Shown here: positions 34,592-47,665 of the stretch, piece after piece
Layout of the letters: each line of letters opens with the position of its first letter
Numbering within the stretch: position 1 is the first letter of the stretch
NCBI GenBank assembly: GCA_973895155.1
Contig: OZ316894.1
Location: 310,001 to 374,000 of the forward strand
DNA from: Marsupella aquatica
Taxonomy: Eukaryota; Plantae; Marchantiophyta
Direction of reading: 5' to 3'
Length of the DNA: 64,000 bases
Translations under genes and position numbers: made by a program
The notes under the pieces: model-generated
The model's database searches: none
What the model was told of the DNA's origin: nothing
Seen by the model: only the letters and a program-made list of their open reading frames with translations

Positions 34592-36768
34592 TGTCCTGAG
34601 GATAAGCAAAAAGGTGGAAAAGATCTTGAGAAACACGTTGGGTGTATGGCTGCTTGAGATAGTAGACGGTTACCAACAAGACAACTCTAAGCAACAAGAC
34701 TTCTAATCAACCAAACATCACAAAATTATCCACCTCATCCATAGCCAAAGCAAAGTAACTCATCCATTTACAAAATTGAGGACAACTTCTCCTCAATAAT
34801 CAATAACTATATAGATTTTTCTAAGTCAAAAGTAGGTCTCCATCAAGACCCTCCTAGCAAGTAACACCAAGTAGTATGTATAAGATTGCATCTCAACCCC
34901 TCCAACAAGTCTATCAAAAACAAGACTTCGAAATAGCCTATCTACTCTTGTCCTACACCATCATAACAACTTCAAGAACTTCAACTCTCAAGCAAGCAAA
35001 GCCTCAACCATGGAGAAAAGCTCTTCCCCTTCCATACTCCTTACTTATCATCCTTCAATGTTTCCTTCTCCCAAACTGAGTGGAAAATTGGCCAGCGCTT
35101 CCGCACAAGAGTGAAGCCAATAATTTCCACCTTATCTTCAATGTTCTAGATATTGGGTAAGGATTGCAACAAAGGTGCCCCTTCCAAGCTACATAGACCC
35201 TCGAGGCAAGACAAATCCACACCGGTAGATGGATGAACAAATCAATTACCAAGGCAGCTGCACTCAAGGTTAGGCAACACACCTCCAAGCACACATAAGC
35301 CCAATTCCTTCACATATACTTCCCCAGGTCCCTCTTCCATCAAAGAAACTACCTCCCAACTCTCAACTAGGCCCTTCAAACATTAGGCACCTAGAAGAGA
35401 GGAGCTATGGCTCTTTTACTCACAATCATGACAATATCTCTCTTCCCCACCTCCAAGCTCTCAACTCTGAGAAAGTGAGAATGAAGAATGATCCCCTCCT
35501 TCCCTCCAACCTCTACCTTAAGCCCCTGGCCTGCCTCCCCCATTAGAATTTGCAACTTCCTCCTCCAGCCCACTTAACTCCAACCAAGCACGTACTTGGC
35601 AACAATTGACTAGCAGCCCAACAACTGCCCGCCACCTCTCCACCATAAACCAGACACTAAATCCAAGTGAATGTTGAGCAAATAGGGACTAGACAACAGC
35701 AAAACCATGGACCAATCTCAATCCAACCTAAACTCAAGCTCCAACCACCCTCCAAGCTTCCCCAACACTTGTCAAGGCCTAACTTGTAGTCCAACTAGCT
35801 TTTGCCACCTCTATGAACTCAACCACCTGGTTAACCTCCACAAATAGTAGCCCACCACCAAGGCAAGGCTCGACCTTATCTCCTAGCTTGAGTTGTCATA
35901 CTCAAGCTTGAGCTTCACTCTTAGCCATGCCAACACCAACACTTGTCTCCCCTTCATTTGCTTGCAAATTGGAAACTACCACCTTACCGGTTAAACAACT
36001 CTTTTAACTTTAGTAAGAAGGGGTGGCCATTAGTGCCACGCCACAACCCTCCTCTTCACCTACCAAAGCTTGTCTTGCACTCCAAAACTCGAGCTCTATC
36101 TCTTGCACATGCCACCTAACAATTGTCTCCCCTTCATTTGCTTGCAAATCGAAAACTGCCACCTTACCGGTTTAACTAGCATTTTAACTTGAGTAAGATC
36201 TAAGTGAATAGGAGGTAGCCAACAAGTTATCTTTGACCCTCTCCTTTGAACTTCAAACCCAAGCTTGCCACCTCCCTAACTAGGCACTTAACCATGGTTA
36301 AATTACTCCAAATAATCCTATTTTCTCCAAAAGTTCTAAGAATAAGCTTTGTACATACTTAATGGATAAATAAATATCCATTACTAAGCTAGTAAGCAAA
36401 AATATGGAGTGGCTCTATCTTCTTTGCCATTGGACCTTAAATTCCCGTTGATGATCCCATTGGCCAAACTAATCTTGTCAATTTGCTCCAATTTTTTGTT
36501 ACTAAAAATAGTAAGAAATGCAAAAACTTTTCTATTATTAGCCCATTTTGGTCAAACTTAACTTTAGTAAAAAAAAAAAACATGGAATCAACCATGTAGG
36601 ACCTACCAACTACCTCCTTATTGGTTCTACATTACACTTGTATCACCTTTATTTACTTGTCCATCCACAAAAAAATGCAAAAGTTGCATGTTTTTAATCT
36701 TTTTCTTTCTCTTCTTTTGCACAAGTTAAACATGAGGATTTCTCCCTTAGGAAGAAAACCTCATGACA
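34592..36768. mobile_element. Solo LTR-like insertion (2177 bp), family B
   Basis: TGTCCTGAGG...CCTCATGACA (9/10 inverted). 4-bp TSD GCGT. Removing it rejoins the host extra ORF (ATLDA|INWVN). Internal ~75-bp duplication at 35943 and 36123. Confidence 0.85.
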
Positions 36769-38421
36769 GCGTCCAGGGTCGCAATGACTGCATCGTCTAG
36801 TACATTCGGAGGGGCAGCAGCGACTGATTGCGGGGCCGGGATAGCAGGTCTCACAGCCGCCAGACTTTGGGCCTCGGGCTGAGGTCGCCTCTCCTGGGCT
36901 GGAAATATCCATTGCAATGGGGTCAGCTCGGGCTCGTTGATACGAGGGAGGCTTTGACGGTCAAAACGGGCGTACCACTCGATGATGATTTTGATGTGGC
37001 TAGCAAAGTACGCCTTCCCGCCGAGGTATAAAGTCTTCCTTCTCCACTCCATCTCCTCGTGGAACTTCTTGACGAAAAAGGACGCCCACTTCCTAGGCCG
37101 ATAGTTCTCAACTTGGATGATCTGGGTGGCGGATATTTTGCCCCTTGGTTCCATCACGTGGAGGGCGTATCGCTGGAACTCCAGTCGTTCTACTACCTCC
37201 GGGATGAGGCATGTCCTCATCAAGATCCGTTGTCCACTGCTCCCTTGGCCGGGAAGCTAGAGGACTAATACTTGGCTCCCTTGCCCCTGGGAGCCCGTGA
37301 TTCTACCTGATTTATTCCTTCGAGTAGGCCAAAGATCATTTTAAGATGTGCCTCATTGAGAGACATCACTCTCCCGTGCGCTCGAGTTTGTTGGCGGGCT
37401 TTGTCGGAGTTTTGGATGAACTCCGTCATGTCCTGCCCGTAGTGCTTGCTTCCATTCCAAGGGAGAGAGGCAAGGTGCTCAAACCCTTGGGTCTTCAGGT
37501 AGCATGCATGCTTGGGGTGGAGGATGTTCTTATGGACATTTTCCCCCATGCAATGCATGGTCAGCTTGGCCACCGCAACTGTGGCCAAGGGGAGCCCGGA
37601 TACGGCTGCAGGTTCCTTTCTCTTCCTACCCCGAGACTGGTTCTCGGGGTGATTCAAAGAGGGGGACATTTCCCCATCCTCTCTATCGGGCGGCGGCAGC
37701 GCTACTGCCTTTAACACTGGTGGTGGGGTTGCTACTATCATCATGTTATCCATCCGGGCTTGTGTGAGTGGCGCTAGGTTGCCCTGCGCATGCTGATTTG
37801 CCCCTCATGGTCGCTGGTTCAGGGGAGGGTGAGCCTCCTCGTCTTTGGAACTGATGTTCATCGCGTTTACCATGGATCGCACCTGGAGGGGTGGTGCGAT
37901 CGGTGGTGGAGATCAGCTTGGCTGAGGCCAAGGTGGTGTTGGTGCGGGCACCAATGAGTTGGCGTCGGTTGTAGCTGGAAGAGGCGCCATATGATTCAAC
38001 AAGTTCAAGGGGAAGCCGAGTGAGGTTAGGATAGATGTCTCGCCCGTAGTTGCGGTACCAAACTGATAGTTGATGGAAGCCTGGACTTTGGCGGGGATAT
38101 GATTGAAGTGGTGCCGTTGTAAGTCGATCGTGCCCGGGAGAGTGAAGACCTTATCCGGAAGCCGAAGGAGTGCTTCCTGGAAACCAACGTACTTTGGGCC
38201 GACAAAGAAGTACTCGGAGATCTCGTCGGCACGATAGAGCTCGCTCTGGACGGGAGGTTGAAATCTCCGTTATAGTGAGAGCGCCCGGCTAAGCGGATAA
38301 GTTGTTTGTACTGCCTCTCGGTTTTGTATCAGCGCGGGTTGACCTCGGCCAGTGACTTTGCCAAGTGATTTCCGATGGATAGAAATTGAAGCCAAAACCA
38401 AAGGGCAGAACTGGACATAAT

Positions 38422-40457
38422 TGTAGTATTGTACTAAGGACATAAATCAGCATTTAATGTCCAAAACTCGGTATTCGATCCCATGGAAGAACAAGAAAGG
38501 AATGATTTTCTATCGTTTAACACTTATGAATGACTAAGGTAACAAAAACACAGGTTTGAGCCTTTTACTATGGTTGCTCAGCAAGGCATAGATTTGAATG
38601 TTTGCTTAACATTGTAAATGCAATTAATAAAATGGAAACAAATAACAAAACACAATGAAATCTTGAGGTATGATGAGGGAGTCTGGAAAACACCAAGGTA
38701 ACTTCTCATCAATACTTCATTTGATGTGATTTGGGTGGTATATCCGTAAGAACATTTCTGGAATGGTTTACTGTACTAGGATGATTACTAAAATGCCGTC
38801 AACACGTCTCAACTTTTCCTTCCAAAGGTACTCAGAAAAAAACTAGTAATCAATCACTTCGATATCCAGTCGGTACTCTGAGTCACGAATAATAAACACC
38901 ATCATGATCAAATTGAAGTCATAGGTAATTGGTGAGTAACAATCTTTGCATCCCATGCACAAGCAATGTCACGCCAAAAACTATGCATCAAGAACTCAAG
39001 AAGATGGGTTGTCACCACTTAAGGAATCTATTCCCTCATACTTCTGAGATTCAACTTCATACAAGTAATTTTACTTCAATGATCTAAACTCTCAATCATT
39101 CAGAAGGGAGAAGAATTCCTTTGTATTTGCAAGCTCCATACCATACGAAAACACACGGAAGCTTTGCAAAGGTGATTCCAGTACTGCAGCACATGCCACA
39201 GGCACTACTTTATTTCTTCACACATGAAAATGACACAAATTCTACTTCATATAGGTTAGCAGGAACCCAAGGAGACTGAGATACTGAAAGGACATGCCCT
39301 TTCATATCTAAAGGGTCTTGAATAAACTTAATAACGATCATCCTTGAAAAGTGAGTGGACACTGCTGAAAGTGTCAAAAATGCAGGGGACGCTTCTCAAA
39401 GCGTCGAGGTTTGAGCGGACGCTTTGCAAAGCGTCGGTGTTTGCGGTAAAACTAATAAACAGTGATTTTAATCTAATTTTGACTTCTAAACTAAGAGTCG
39501 GAATGAGTTGAAACTTTTCTAGGGTACTCTACTACATATAGTCTCTATGCTGGTAAAGTTTCAGACTTTTCTGAGATCTCTAAGTGTCTCAAATAAATCG
39601 GTAAAAGTGGCACGATGTTATAAAAGTGCGAAAACTAAAATTTTTTCTAAGTGTCGGGAACATAGTGGACGCTTCAGAAAGCGTCCAAAACTACAAAGGA
39701 CTTTTGTGGACGCTTCAGAAAGCGTCGGCTGAATTTTGAGGTTTTGGTCGCAGCGTCCGTCTTCTGGTCTTCGGGTGCGACGCTTCAGTGGGCGTCGCAG
39801 TGTCGATGTCGCCTTCGGGGTAGCAGATGCTTCTGTGGGCGTCGCTCCTCATGTGGATTGCAAAGCGTCGGAGTACAACTGGTTGGGTGGTGGACGCTTC
39901 AGAAAGCGTCGTGGTCTTTGGGTGGACGCTTTTCAAAGCGTCCAAAAATACAAGGGACGCTTCACAAAGCGTCGGCGAAGTCGTGGCTATGCAAAAAACA
40001 GCAAAACTAAATTAATTCTAACTTTCAAACCACATGTCGGTTTGAGATGAAACTTGCAGGGATGATTCTACTACGCAACTACTACCTCCTGAAAAAGTAT
40101 GAGACTTTTCTGACCATGATAGCTATTTAACTAAAATAGCAGAGATCGGCTGATTGTGATAATTGTATACAGAGCTCATTCTTGTTGAAGAAGTGTTTTG
40201 GAGGCCAGTTCTTGAATCTTCTAGTCTGCATTACTTCTCCAATGATGTCCAGTCTTCTTTCTTGGTAGCATGTAAAGAACAAGGATTTATATTGGCGATC
40301 CTTGTCCAATACAATAGCCTCCGATGAAGCATAACATTAGGTTAAGTGTTCAGTTGATCTAAATTGCTACAAAAGGTAACTAGATTGTACTTTGAGTTTA
40401 GAAAAAGTTTAAAATTTATAAAATTTTCATCATTTCTAACTAATGTACAGCATTACA
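38422..40457. mobile_element. TG...CA element, family A short copy 2 (2036 bp)
   Basis: TGTAGT...ATTACA. TSD ATAAT at 38417-38421 and 40458-40462. Collinear with 6684-8502. Confidence 0.93.
39387..39975. repeat. About 9 copies of the palindrome GACGCTT-N4-AAGCGTC
   Basis: Examples: ggacgcttcagaaagcgtcc, ggacgctttgcaaagcgtcg. Absent from the 6684 copy. Confidence 0.88.
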
Positions 40458-41210
40458 ATAATCATGACAGACATACAAGGAACGGTGGTGGATGACTAAG
40501 GAGCAAACAAGTAAGCTGGGATCAAAGCTGGCGCGAAGAGTGAAGTGGTGGTGCTTCACGAGAGAATGGCCCGCCTTTTATACCCTGAGGGCGCGTCGGA
40601 CGAATGGTCCCTTCCTCCTTCTGATAGGCCAATCCTTTCACGCTTGCAGAATACCGGCCACTCCACAGGTCCGGGTTAGAGCGTGTCAACGAGCCGCCCC
40701 CGCCTTGAGTTGTTATACGGACCCGAGGGTGCATCCCTACATGCTCGTATCCCGGGGTATGAATGGTGCTCCACCGCCAGCCCAAGCGTAAATGCTCCTT
40801 ATTGACTAATGATGTCCTAGTCATGGTTACTACCTATTTTAGTGTCGTTATGCTAATTATTACAGACTACTATGTCCTTAGTGCGCGTGCTAAGCATGGA
40901 TTAGACCGAATCACTCATTAACCGTCGTGCTGGCGGCGTCACATCTTGCCATTAAGATCCACGTTGACTTTGCCTGCTTGTCCGGATCTATCCACTACCT
41001 CAAATTAAAGAATGCGCAAAATGGTACCACCGGAAGTAGCGGGGGTCCGCAAGTGAACGCCCGAAAGGATATCAATTTGTAAGGGCATTTATCCACCGTT
41101 GGAGTTGAGCCAAAAGACTTAATGGTGGGTCAGCCTCGTGCTGGGGCAGTTGCATCCTAACTCGGGGATCATGCTGCCATATTGAATGATATACAGCTAT
41201 AGGGTTGGTC

Positions 41211-44200
41211 TCAATGTGTAGACCAAACCCGTCGTCGTCTACAAGCTCCCGAAAGAATTGGTGTGGTGTCCAGAAGATTGTAGGTCCAAAGTAATTTCCT
41301 AGTAACTAATCTATAATTATGTACACTTGCCTCTAACCATCTAATTACATTCTCCGTAGGGGTCACCCTTTCCCAAAAGGATGTCTTCTCCCAAACACCC
41401 AGACTCAAATCAACTGGATCAAAGGGAAGCTTGTTGGTTCGGATAGTGTCCCCCGCACAAGCCACTGCAGCTGGATCTCTACCTAGTGAATAAAAATGAG
41501 TCATGGCAATATGACTGAATTGGGGTAGGACGGGGAGATCTACAAAGCTCATCCACTCATTGGTTACTATAAGATGAGAGGTGTAGTAAGGATTGAAAAT
41601 CACACTCGTCCCATTTCTCTCTACGTTGTGCCATCCGGCTGTTTGGAGAAAAGTAACTAGGAAGGGTAGAGTATACTTCCCACAATTGGTGTGGATTTCT
41701 CTCGCCGCCCAAGACTTCATCACTACTTCTACTAAATCAAAGACTTTCCTATGTACTGCTAAACTATAGAACCAATGGAGTTTCCGCGCCGGACAATCGG
41801 GATGCGTAGTGTTTGCATTTGTTATGAGGGCCACATAATGAGGATGGCCAGGGTGCTCTCGCTCCAGTTCGGACAACAATATTTGCGTTACTCTACTGTT
41901 GGCCCTTCCTCCCAATCAAAAATATAAGTCTGTGGGTTGGGTGAACCCAATGGCTCCCGACCATTCAAAGAATGGAAGCATAAATTTGATCCGGACCAAG
42001 ATGTCATACCATATCCGGTTGTAGTTGTCCGGACGAATGGCCCTCTTGTTAATCCCCGATGCGGCCAAAATAACACGGAGAGTTTCCAACCCCATAGCTT
42101 CATCAACTTCAATAGCATTTTGGGATGATATCTTCTACCCCGTGAATAGTTTCCACAAGTTTACACTCACCTTCTGGAGTTGTTCCAGCCTCCTCTTGTG
42201 CATCAGATCTGCCAGTGCATCTTTCAATAACTTAGCTGCCGTGGTAGCCTCATTTCGCAGGCTTTGCACTTCTAGGTCCCAGGCCTTGTAAGTGTCCGTC
42301 AGAATCCGGACCACCTTACTGCATTGCTGGACGAGCTCCTTACTTGCTACTTCCTGTAGCCATCTCTTCCTCTCATTCTCTCTTCTTTCTCCTTCTTCTT
42401 CTAACGTAGCAACGTATGCCTGCTTCTCCTCTAATTGTCCGTGTAGCTCATGATTGGCTCTCCTTACTTCTTGGAGCTTCTCCTCACACTCCAAAGCCCC
42501 CAGTTTGGCTGACGCCTCTTTCTCTGCAAGCTCTTCTGCCCTTTTCCCATGCGCAGTCAGCTGGTCGGACAGCCGGAGTGCCAATTGTTCTCCTTCTCCT
42601 ACTTTTTGCTCCAACTCTTCAATTACTCTTTGCAGCTCATCGGCCTTCTGCTGGGATACAAAACCGCACTTTGCATGCTGGGTGGTTACCTCCTTTAACT
42701 CTTCTTCGGCGGTCGACAAGAGGTGGCTCCATTCTTCCTCCTTGTTAGCCAGCAGCTCCTGCAGCTTCTTTCTCTCCTTCTGGGCCTTTCCTAACTCAAC
42801 CTTTAGGGCCTGTGTTCCAACCTTCTCTGTCTAGACCGCCTCCCGGGCCTGCTGCAGGGTTGTGGTTGCTTCCTCATTTTTCTCCCTCGCTTTGTCTAGC
42901 AATCCCTCTGAGTCCTCCAACTGTTTCAATATGAGCTTGTTAGATTCAAACTTCTTATGTACCTTTACAAGGAGTCGCTCAACCTTCTCTTCTGCTACCC
43001 TCAGCCTCTCCATGTCCCGAATCTTGCCCTCAAATTCTATGACTACTATCCTTGCCATTGCCTTGGTCTCCTTCAAATCCCTCAACCAGTAACATAGATT
43101 CTTGGTGTTGGGGATTGGCTTCCCTATGAACGCCAGACGTTGGGCGGAAGTCCTTAACTCTGCCAGATTGGTGGTATCTGGAAGTTTGGATAGCGTGGGT
43201 TGTTGGAAGGTGGCATTCCTCCCCTCTTCTTCTTCTTCTTCTTCTTCATCTTCATCTTCATTTTCCTCCGGGAGGGTTACTGCCCTTCGTTTCCTCTTGA
43301 GGCTCTTGCAACATTGCTCGGCCTGCTCACTCAGGTTTTGTAAGGCTTTTGCCCCTCCTTCGCTCTCTGCATCCAAATTTTGAGGTGCTTCTCCCTCCTC
43401 TTCCTCGTCGTCATCCTCAAAATCTTCTTCATTGTATTCTGGTGGATCCACATTAACATTAGCTGTGGATCCCAACTTCGCCCTTATTGGTACTATCTCC
43501 TAGGCTTCTTCTTGATCTTTTGACTCCGAGTCTCCTAAGTCCGAATTGTCTGGCGGAGCTCTACTGACTGTCTCTTGGATCTCAAAAACATTGTGTACTA
43601 CAACTCCTAGTTGATACGCTAATAGTCACGAGAACTTTGGACAACCTTTCGCGTCGATCACAGTGGATACACTTGCCTTCCATATTTGAAGCGGATGGAG
43701 GGATCCCAGAAATAGGGCCCTTGCAATGGCAATTCTTGGTAGTGTGGCATGATGATACCCACTCTTAACCATCACCCACTTGGTGCAAAACTTGATGAAG
43801 TTGTGATAATCCTTCTGCTAGATGTCGCCATATTGTATATTTCCCCAACTTATCCGGACCTCCGCTTGTTGCAAGAAGTTCGCTAGCCTGCTTCCTCGAG
43901 GGGGTCTACTTGGTACGTGAGAGGTAGTCCTCCTACCCTGGGAAGATCGAACATTGCGCACAACTTTGGGTTGGAGAAAGTATAAGTCTTTCCCCGGTAC
44001 GTAATAAACATCCCCTCGGGTGACATTGTTACCTTAGTGATTCGTGAGCAGATTTCTCCTGCTTGAGATGTTGATAGATAGCGGTCCATTCAGACCAGGC
44101 CGTAAATCTTGGCTCTGTCAAGTACCGGTCGGCTCTCCTCGATACGTTGGACCTCTGTAATGGAGTTGCGGATCTTCTCTTCGGCCGACAGGGCTCCCTT

Positions 44201-44251
44201 CTTATTCTTGGTCGGGGGAACCTCTACTCTTCGTGCTCCTGCCACTTCCAT
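41211..44251 (-). pseudogene. Retroelement accessory ORF cassette (N-terminal domain, acidic/coiled-coil middle, C-terminal globular domain)
   Basis: ORFs 43883-44089, 42831-43475, 42135-42719 and 41211-41915 are separated by stops and frameshifts. ITYRGKTYTFSNPKLCAMFDLP echoes RGRNMSLTEERLKLIFGLP of the Gypsy extra ORF. Confidence 0.55.
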
Positions 44252-44879
44252 TTTTGCTCGATGTAAGTGAGGTGTGAGTGGATGGTGTTTGTGATTGCCA
44301 AGTGTTCTCGTAAGGGGGGGGGGGTGGTTTGTCGAGCGTTCTGATGCGTTGTGAGACGAGAACTAGCCCGCCCCCTCTGCCTTAAGCTCAAATGTGGTGC
44401 CTCTTTGGTTCGCGGACGTCCGGACGAATGAGACGGTCATTGTCTCGTAATTGTGAAGTGCCTCGGTCGAGCGACCCAATTCTGACAATCCTAATCACGG
44501 CATTATTCTGGTGACGCTCATGTTTGCGCCTTTACTCATGACTTGGTAAAGGTACGGTACCTATCGTGGCTGTGTACGTAGCTTCCTCTTCCTTCATTTG
44601 GCGGCAGTATCTTAAGTACATATTATGGCTATCCTAACCGTATTAGGGCAATAATGGTGCTTTACTGAAAAAGACAAAAAAGATGGGGTCCGCACATCCG
44701 ATGTTAAAGACCATCGCCGAAATATGATGATGGACCCAAAAGTGCATGCAAAGCCTCACCGTACAATACTTTTCAATGTTTGTACAATCAAATTCCGTAC
44801 AGATTGCGTGTTTGTAAAGAATGACAATGTCCGTACAGATCTACCATCCTCGACGAGGCCCAAATCCATCTCAGAGAGG

Positions 44880-45310
44880 CTCTCCGAGTACGACTAAAGG
44901 TCAAAAGGTAACGACACTACGACTAGGAAACCATGGGTAAAAACGGACTGTGGACAACAAGAGAACCAAGACCAATTTGGAGACACTCGCCGAGTACAAA
45001 TACTGTTGCCCAAAATGGCCCGAGTCCATCCCGGAGACCCCCGCCGAGAATAATTTAGGGTGAAAACTAATGACACTCCGAGTGAGGAAGTGTTAGGTGG
45101 GCCCCAAGTGTCCCTAATCCACCACAGAGAGGCTCGCCAGATAGCACGACCGCATGTTAGAGACCTCGCCGACTAGGATTCTAGGTAAAAGTCGATGAGA
45201 ATCCATCTCAGAATCTCGGAGACCCCCGCCGAGAATGACTTGGGATGAAAAGTAAATGACACTCGACGACTGAGGAAGTCTTTAATCCACCACGTAGAGG
45301 CTCGCCAAAT
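44880..45310. repeat. Degenerate direct repeats with CTCGCCGA/CCCGCCGAGAAT cores
   Basis: ~100-bp units at ~45033 and ~45218, plus shorter copies. Confidence 0.65.
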
Positions 45311-45328
45311 ATGAATTATGCTGCAAAA

Positions 45329-45395
45329 TATAAAAGAAACCAAAATTAAGAATGTATTATTGGATGGTGGTTCAACAGTTAATTTAATGAGCTAA
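45329..45395 (+). pseudogene. Relic of a Gypsy aspartic protease
   Basis: Translates IKETKIKNVLLDGGSTVNLMS*; compare KMVLVDGGAGVNIM in the 60010-61857 ORF. Confidence 0.6.
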
Positions 45396-46828
45396 CAATC
45401 CTTGTAGAATTCACAATCTCCTAAGAATTACTTGTCGTAGTGGCTTCGGATTGCTGAATTGCTATAGTTGCTTCTCGGGGAGTTGGTATCGAGCTGTGCG
45501 TAGCTACATGCTGACGAATCCAGTGATCCCTGTTAGGTTCGCGTTACCACTTTTACACGGCCTCTCGTCATGTCCTTTGGGCAGAGAATTCCTAGTAAGG
45601 CCCTAGCTATACTGGATGTTCTTCTGCGTTTCGACCTTAGATTGCTGGGCAACTATACTTCTCACCTCTGGGCGCCCAAGGAAGCGGGACAGAATCTCTT
45701 TTTCAGCCCGGGATACTGTCCATCCTGGTTCAAGTCCTGCTCATTTCTTGCATGACGTCTCCTGCTGCCCGTCTCCTGATTTCCCGTTACAATCTAGATC
45801 AATTTTGTTGCCACTTGCTTCAACTTGTTGTTCTGAACGAATTGTCGAGCCTGCCCAATTTGCTACTTACACGGTCTGATAACACTTGTTCGGCAGTTCT
45901 TCTTTGAAGAAATGTCGTCAATTCTTCGTTTGGTATGCAGGACACTTCAGTTGGAAAGGGTTCTTTCTTGGAGGGCGATAAACAAGAGCACTCGCGCCAT
46001 AGTTTTTCAGAGGGCAATGTGCAGGTATGACGGTGGGTTGCTTTGGGGTTTGGATGGAAGATCTTCTCATACTTTTTCTTCTCAAAACTTGTGATTCTCA
46101 AGTTTTGATGGCAAAGCTGGGATGATTCGTAAAAGAGTCCAGCAGGAGGAATTGATCCTGGAGAAGATACCGCTACTGCTATGCTTCTAGGGCTTCCTCC
46201 AACTGTTACGCTGAGCTGAGATTCCTCTGCCCGGGCAAGGTTTCCCCAACAGAGCCTTCGCGTAATGAATATTCTTTCCTTAGTCCATGGGAAGGAAAGA
46301 TGAGACTTGAAATTTGAGGGCTCTGCAAGATTGCACTACTTAGACTGATTTGAACCTTTGTCAAACAGGTAAGATCGTATTTCTCAAAACTGTACCATTG
46401 AGCTCCGTATTCCCGGCACGGGAACGGAGCTGACTCGATGGAACTTTTGGATATGGACCGCTTTAGGCAACAGTCCTCAGCCAGGTATGATTAATTTTGT
46501 ATGCATGTCATTTTGTTGGATTTGATGTGACCAAACGACCTTGAATACATTCTCAACAAAGACGTTTGATTTGCAGAGTTTATCCTTCATCATCCGGTTT
46601 GATTGGTATTGGCATCCGCCATTGTTCTTGTACACGGCCTTCAGGTATTGAGACTGAAGAGCGATTTCAACGTTATGCGTACCTACTTTTAAACAGAAAC
46701 TCTTGTTCCAGCACCACGGTGTGACATTTATAGTTGCGGGAATTTCCTGCTATGAGGCTTATGTGATCAAGACTTGAGTTGAACTTCAAGATTGATTCCT
46801 TTTTCGTGTTCAGAAGCACAGGGTGGGT

Positions 46829-46873
46829 TGGGGGGGGTGGGGGGGGAGGGGAGGGGAGGGGAGGGGAGGGGAG
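46829..46873. repeat. G-rich (GGGGA)n microsatellite
   Basis: Visible directly. Lies in the probable 5' intron/UTR of the PPR gene. Confidence 0.85.
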
Positions 46874-47665
46874 GCTGTTACATTCATGTCGTATGTGTCT
46901 CTTCACGGATTGTATAAGAGCCAAGTTCAAGAATGATGGATAGCCTTTATTTCTGAATTGTAGGAGAGGGAGGGAAGCGCTTTCACGTTCATGTCATCTG
47001 TGTCTAATCACGATGGATTCTACAGATGATGGCTAGGCTTTATTTCTAAGTAGTCTCTTTTCAGAAACCTGAGATTCTGGTTTGTGTATAGCGCAGAAAG
47101 GACAGTGTAGGCAACTTACAAATGAACGCCTGTCAAGATGCCCTAAGAGTCTGTCCTGTACACAACCCAAGGATAACATGTGACTTCTGGCTGAAGTATT
47201 TTAGTACCAATTCGATAGGCTCTTGACTCTGTCCTTTCTGTGGGTACAGTGAAATACGGGAGAAGGAACGAGCTTGTTGATACCTGGATATGCCTTTCAC
47301 AATTATTTCAATATTCTATTCTAAGATCATTGCATTCTTGACAGATAGCCGTTACTCTCAGTTGGAAAGGAGTCATTTAACTTTTGCAAGTTATCTGTAC
47401 CAAAGTTCACAGCAGAGCAAGGGAGACAAGAAAATACATCTTTGGACGGAGGTAGGAATGCACCCTAGAACTCGAGAGGCTTACCGGTCTGCTATCCATT
47501 TCTGAACACTCATTGTAGAAAGATCACTGGAAACATAGTCGTCAAGAAATAACTACAAATTCATTGCACCTCGTGGAATCTCCTGGATTTTATCCTGGTA
47601 GCAGATCTGATCGTGGATTGTGGTGCTGACAGAGGAAGCCCAGAGCACCTGAGTTCAATCAGAAG

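Larger units (their letters stand above)
32450..41000 (-). mobile_element. Truncated Gypsy-derived element: one LTR (32450-~33070) plus extra ORF, related to the element at 55303
   Basis: The tgtcacg... LTR aligns by eye with 55303-55920. Extra-ORF fragments at 33347-38232 match 56202-58547. No gag/pol and no second LTR found. Right boundary uncertain. Confidence 0.75.

Noticed and set aside
39547-40050. Overlapping ORFs in family A copy 2
   Set aside because: By-products of the GC-rich palindrome array.
45570-46101. Possible divergent host-gene exon upstream of the PPR gene
   Set aside because: Short overlapping ORFs on both strands without motifs. Cannot be supported.
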